DNA of 64,000 nt from Gammaproteobacteria bacterium (GTDB lineage: Bacteria > Pseudomonadota > Gammaproteobacteria > Ga0077536): positions 2,208,001 through 2,272,000 of the forward strand of contig CAXXLL010000003.1 in NCBI GenBank assembly GCA_963662545.2, read 5' to 3'. Within the stretch, counting starts at the first letter, position 1, and every line of letters begins with the position of its first letter. This document shows, one piece after another, positions 59,553-64,000 of the stretch. Position numbers and translations under genes: made by a program. Under the pieces are notes generated by a model, which had not been told where the DNA came from, ran no database searches, and saw only the letters and a list, made by a program, of their open reading frames with translations.

Positions 59553-60962
59553 ATGACCAACGAGGAGATCTGCTTCAAGCCGGCTCTGGAACTGGCGCGG
59601 CTGGTGCGCGAAAAAGCGCTGTCGCCGGTCGAGATCACCAATGCCTTCCTCGATCGCATCGAAGCACTCGACCCGCGTCTCAACGCCTACCTGACGGTGG
59701 CGGGTGATTACGCCCGCGAGGCCGCCCGTCGGGCCGAGCAGGCGATCGCCACGGGAAATCCGCTCGGTCCGCTGCACGGCGTGCCTTTCTCCATCAAGGA
59801 TCTCGTATTCACCGCTGGCGTTCGCACCACGGGTGGGTCACGGATCTATGAGGACTTCGTACCGGATTACGATTCTATCGTCGTCAAACGCTTGAAGGGG
59901 GCCGGCGGTATCCTCCTGGGCAAGACCAGCACGCCTGAATTCGGGCACAAGGGCACGACTGAAAACCTGATCATCGGCGATACCCACAATCCGTGGGCGC
60001 TCGACAAGACGCCCGGCGGGTCGAGCGGCGGCGCGGGCGCCGCAACGGCTGCGGGTATGTCTCCGTTGTCGATCGGGACGGACGCCGGCGGTTCCATTCG
60101 CATCCCGGCGAGTTTCAACGGCGTGTTCGGTTTCAAACCGACCTTCGGGCGCATCCCGGACTTTCCAGGATTCGGCGGCGGACGGACGCTTGCCCATACC
60201 GGGCCGATGACCCGCACGGTCGCCGATGCCGCGCTCATGCTCGACGTGATCGCACATCCCGCGGAAGCGGCGCGATCGAGCCTGCCGGACCATGAGACGA
60301 CCTACCTCGCGTCCATCGGCGCGATACCGGATAGCTTGCGAGTGGGTTTCAGTCCCGACCTCGGGTACGCACCGGTGGAAGCGGAGATCGCTGACATCGT
60401 CCGCCGGGCCGTCAATGCGTTCGCTGACATCGGATGGACCGTTGAGAAATCGCATCCCGGTTTCGACGACCCGCACGAGATTTTCAATACCGTGATACGA
60501 GCCGAAAACTACGCCGTTGCCAGGCCACTGCTGGAACGACACGCCGACCTGCTCGATCCCGGTATGCGCGCGTTCACCGAAAACGGCGCCACGGTGACCG
60601 CGAGGGATTATCTACTCGCGCAGGTGGAGCGCGATCGGATCGCAGGCACGCTGGCAGATTATTTCGATCGTTACGACGTGCTGGTCACACCGACGCTGGC
60701 CGTGCCGCCGTTCGAGATCCATAGCCGCCCGCAGCAAATCGCGGGGCGGGACATCCACGGCGTAAGCTGGCTCGCTTTCACCTATCCATTCAACCTGACG
60801 GGCAATCCGGCGGCGAGCGTGCCCTGCGGTTTCACGCGGGACGGTTTACCCGTGGGCATGCAGGTGGTGGGTCCGCGCCATGCCGACGCCCTGGTTCTCA
60901 AAGTCTGCGCTGCCTTCGAGCAGGCGCGGCCGTGGATCGACCACCGACCGGGCATGACCTAA
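59553..60962 (+). CDS. Amidase signature family protein
   Basis: IKD, PGGSSGG, GTDAGGSIRIPAS and GLPVGMQ motifs. Confidence 0.93.
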   Translation: MTNEEICFKPALELARLVREKALSPVEITNAFLDRIEALDPRLNAYLTVAGDYAREAARRAEQAIATGNPLGPLHGVPFSIKDLVFTAGVRTTGGSRIYEDFVPDYDSIVVKRLKGAGGILLGKTSTPEFGHKGTTENLIIGDTHNPWALDKTPGGSSGGAGAATAAGMSPLSIGTDAGGSIRIPASFNGVFGFKPTFGRIPDFPGFGGGRTLAHTGPMTRTVADAALMLDVIAHPAEAARSSLPDHETTYLASIGAIPDSLRVGFSPDLGYAPVEAEIADIVRRAVNAFADIGWTVEKSHPGFDDPHEIFNTVIRAENYAVARPLLERHADLLDPGMRAFTENGATVTARDYLLAQVERDRIAGTLADYFDRYDVLVTPTLAVPPFEIHSRPQQIAGRDIHGVSWLAFTYPFNLTGNPAASVPCGFTRDGLPVGMQVVGPRHADALVLKVCAAFEQARPWIDHRPGMT

Positions 60963-61278
60963 GCAGACTGAACTTTGCAGTGATTAAAGTATCTGGTATG
61001 CCGTTCCGCAAATAGGTTTCATAAGACGCGCACGAATTTTTGCACCTGGCAACGCGTTAAGACGCCTTGCAGCGGACCCTATACAAGGACGAGCAAGGCA
61101 GCTAGGGGTAAAAAGAACCAGTGAGTCGTGGAACCTAAATGCGGTACGGCACACTAAGCATTACGCACGGATCATTCTTTGATTCGGCCCGACGGGCACT
61201 CGTTCGCGGGAATCCGGTCGCTCGCGGATTCGAGGGCCGCGCACTTCGTTCGACGAGCCCAAACCGACGGAAAACGAT

Positions 61279-62202
61279 ATGTCAGAGTTGATGCAAGCCG
61301 AAGAGGAATCGCTCGAACTGCGGTGCATGGAAATCTGGGGCGGTAACCGCACGATCGAAGAACGTTTCAAGCTTCCGGGCATCGATGCCTACCTGTCCTC
61401 GACGGCTTTCGACGGCGGTCGTGGGGGCGATCTGCACTATCTTTCGACCTGCGGTAAAGGCCGCATCGTGCGGTTTTTGATCGCCGATGTCGCTGGACAC
61501 GGAGCAAAGGTTTCAAACGTGGCGATGCGTTTTAAAAAACTGATTGGCAAGCACATCAACAAACTCGATCAGAGTCGTCTCGCGAAAACACTCAATAAGG
61601 AATTCATGACTGACAATGAGGGCGGCCGTTTCGTCACCGCCTTGATCACCAGCTATCACCGCCCGAGCGGCTATTTCGTGGTGTGCAACGCTGGACACCC
61701 GCGGCCACTGATCTATTCTGCGCGAACCCGGCATTGGGCGTTACTTGATTACACGATCGAGCACCAGGTCGACGACGTTTTCAACCTCCCCCTGGGTATC
61801 ATCGTACCGACGGAATACCGTCAGTTCGCGGTGCGGTTGAATCCTGGCGATGTGGTCGTGCTCTATACCGACGGTTTCAGTGATCAACGCAACGGCGCAC
61901 AGCCGATCGGCGAGGAAGGACTGCTCGAAATCATCAACGGTATTCCGTTCACCAACCCCGAGGCACTGGTCCGATTGATCAAGCAGGCATTGGGCATGAA
62001 CGAGCGCAATTACAACCGCATCGACGACGAAACCATGCTGGTCATTACGCCGACCGATCGCGCCTTTAAACCGCCCACCTTGACGGAACAGCTCAAGGTT
62101 TTCGGTAGGATGATGCCCGGCCCCTGGCACGTCGGCAACGCCAGTCCAAAGGTCCCAGCCTTACGGCGCCGCGAGCTTGCGAACCTTGGTACCTCAATTT
62201 AG
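61279..62202 (+). CDS. PP2C/SpoIIE (RsbU-like) phosphatase
   Basis: GGD, IADVAGHG, NAGHP, LYTDG and DDET motifs. Confidence 0.9.
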   Translation: MSELMQAEEESLELRCMEIWGGNRTIEERFKLPGIDAYLSSTAFDGGRGGDLHYLSTCGKGRIVRFLIADVAGHGAKVSNVAMRFKKLIGKHINKLDQSRLAKTLNKEFMTDNEGGRFVTALITSYHRPSGYFVVCNAGHPRPLIYSARTRHWALLDYTIEHQVDDVFNLPLGIIVPTEYRQFAVRLNPGDVVVLYTDGFSDQRNGAQPIGEEGLLEIINGIPFTNPEALVRLIKQALGMNERNYNRIDDETMLVITPTDRAFKPPTLTEQLKVFGRMMPGPWHVGNASPKVPALRRRELANLGTSI

Positions 62203-62252
62203 GGAACCTCTGGATAATTCATGGTGCGTCTGAATTGTTCAGAGGTTTCTTA
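62200..62252. repeat. Internally deleted 53-bp derivative of the 168-bp MITE
   Basis: TAGGGAACCTCTGGATAA..TTGTTCAGAGGTTTCTTA; it overlaps the TAG stop of the PP2C gene. Confidence 0.7.
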
Positions 62253-62291
62253 GGCGTTCCAACGGAGTTATGTGACGACGCCCGCGTCGTG

Positions 62292-63539
62292 CTAACGGTG
62301 CAAGATCAGCACGGAGCACGCGGCTTCATCAAACCCAATCACCCCACCGCCGTTCTCGGCCAGCGCCCAGTGCGCACCTTCGACCTGGCGCTCGCCGGCT
62401 TCGCAGCGCAGTTGCTGGACGAGTTCAGCGGTCATCGACAAGCCGGTCGCGCCGACGGGGTGGCCTTTCGACACCAGGCCACCTGAGGTATTAACCGGCA
62501 CCTGGCCGCCGAGTGCGGTTGCACCGCTTTCGACGAAGGCACCGCCGTCACCGCGTGCGCAGAAATCCATCATCTCGACCTGGTAGATTTCGCAGAACGA
62601 GGTCGCATCGTGAACTTCGGCCACGTCAATTTGATCGGGTGTGATATCGGCCATGCGGTATGCGCGTTCAGCGGCAAAGCGGCTCAGCCCGTCTTCATCG
62701 AGTGAGCGATACTTGCCGCCGCTCAAGCCTTGCGCCGCGATACACACGGCACGTTCCCGAACTTCGCCCGGCAGCGTTTTCAGCACGCGCTCCGAGCATA
62801 CGATCGCCGCCGCCGCGCCGTCGCCGATCGGCGCACACATGGAGCGAGTCAGGGGATAGGTGATGGGTCGATCCGCCAGCACCTCATCGGTGGTCATTTG
62901 GAAGCGATACTGAGCCTTCGGATTGAGGGCGCCCTGGTTGTGATTCTTGGCCGCACCGGCGGCAATCTGCCTTTGCGTCGTGCCGTAACGCTTCATGTGA
63001 TAGCAGGCCTGCATCGCGTAGGTATCCATGAAGATGGTGCGATCGGGGCCGGGCTCGAACGCCTTGCCGGCGGTCTCGCCGGCATCGCGGTAATAAGTCT
63101 CCCATTCGTGGGGATCGTATTGATCGATTCCTCCGCAATAGAGTTTGGACACCTGCTCGGGATCATCCGGATAAAACGTCTTCTCCACGCCCATAGCCAG
63201 ACTCATTTCGGCCTGTCCCGAGAGGATATCTTTCCACGCGCCGTTCAGCGCCAGCGATGCGGTCGCGCAGCCGCCTTCGACATTCATTAGCGGTATACGC
63301 TCGGGCAAACGCCCCTCCCGCACCATCGGCGTGAGACAGACCTGCCCGCGGATCCCGCCCTGATTTTCGGTCCACATCCCGCAGTTGCCGAACCAGATGG
63401 TCTCGATCGGGCCACCATCGTCGAAGCCGGCATCGCCGAGCACCTGCTCATAGGCCTCGCGGGTGAGATCCTTGACGCTGTTCTGGGGGCGCCGGCCAAA
63501 AGCCGTACTGTAGCTACCGATGATGTATACCTTACTCAT
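62292..63539 (-). CDS. Thiolase family protein (SCP2/lipid-transfer type)
   Basis: NVEGGCATAS, EVHDA and SGGLVSKGHPVGATG motifs. Confidence 0.9.
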   Translation of the reverse strand: MSKVYIIGSYSTAFGRRPQNSVKDLTREAYEQVLGDAGFDDGGPIETIWFGNCGMWTENQGGIRGQVCLTPMVREGRLPERIPLMNVEGGCATASLALNGAWKDILSGQAEMSLAMGVEKTFYPDDPEQVSKLYCGGIDQYDPHEWETYYRDAGETAGKAFEPGPDRTIFMDTYAMQACYHMKRYGTTQRQIAAGAAKNHNQGALNPKAQYRFQMTTDEVLADRPITYPLTRSMCAPIGDGAAAAIVCSERVLKTLPGEVRERAVCIAAQGLSGGKYRSLDEDGLSRFAAERAYRMADITPDQIDVAEVHDATSFCEIYQVEMMDFCARGDGGAFVESGATALGGQVPVNTSGGLVSKGHPVGATGLSMTAELVQQLRCEAGERQVEGAHWALAENGGGVIGFDEAACSVLILHR

Positions 63540-63685
63540 GCCTCGATCCTGCTTGGAGTTGCGGGCAGCGCACGTGATGATCCAAGCTCGGTGCGCCGCT
63601 GCCGGCCGGGGCTTTGAGTCTATCAAGAAAACGCCGGGTCGATTAATCTGACGACCGTGCAATTGTCTCGACCACGGAGCACCGA

Positions 63686-64000
63686 ATGACTGCAGCCGCC
63701 GCGATTTATGACCCACGCGATCGCGCCACGATCAACGATCCGATCCCGGTTTTCCGTTCTTTGCAAAACGACGACCCCTGCCATTGGTGCAAACCGCTGA
63801 AAAGCTGGCTGCTGATCCGCTACCAGGACGTGCGAGAAATTCTACTCGACGAGAACATCTCGGCCGACCGGCTGACGCCTTACTATGAGAGTCTGCCCGA
63901 TGATCAGCGCCGCGGCATCAGCGAGATGGTGCGCTACTTGAACACCTGGATCGCGTTCAAGGATCCGCCCGATCACACGCGCATGCGCACACTGTTGAAC
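63686..64000 (+). CDS. Cytochrome P450 (N-terminal part; runs off window end)
   Basis: DPIPVFRSLQNDDPCHW..WLLIRYQDV..DPPDHTRMRTLLN; GGAG RBS. Confidence 0.85.
   Translation, partial: MTAAAAIYDPRDRATINDPIPVFRSLQNDDPCHWCKPLKSWLLIRYQDVREILLDENISADRLTPYYESLPDDQRRGISEMVRYLNTWIAFKDPPDHTRMRTLLN

Overview
GC-rich (~60%) bacterial chromosome segment, most likely a gammaproteobacterium (class III PHA synthase phaEC, phaR/phasin, rppH-mdh-gltA, sucAB-lpd). Five zones. (1) 1-5.2 kb: amide/N-compound catabolic genes mixed with gene fragments. (2) 5.2-12.2 kb: a pile of insertion sequences, namely an IS91-type relic carrying several small hairpin insertions, IS1380, an IS21 remnant, IS3 and an IS256 with a nonsense codon. 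(3) 12.2-19.5 kb: a degraded integrative or satellite-like element. It has a mostly non-coding left module (two inverted, structurally covarying ~160-bp motifs enclosing an iteron-like array), then alpA, a Toprim primase, DUF3987 and an att-like right end. No integrase is visible. (4) 19.5-37 kb: a three-subunit thiocyanate-hydrolase-like Co enzyme, a DnaA-box cluster and core TCA/PHA genes. (5) 37-64 kb: accessory catabolic and signalling genes (cyclase, divergent aldoxime dehydratase, serine hydrolase, frameshifted ANTAR regulator, GGDEF-EAL, BVMO, atypical SDR, amidase, thiolase, P450), with two inverted copies of one IS and several MITE families. No CRISPR array, rRNA or complete tRNA was seen. 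All calls come from motif reading only; no database search was run.
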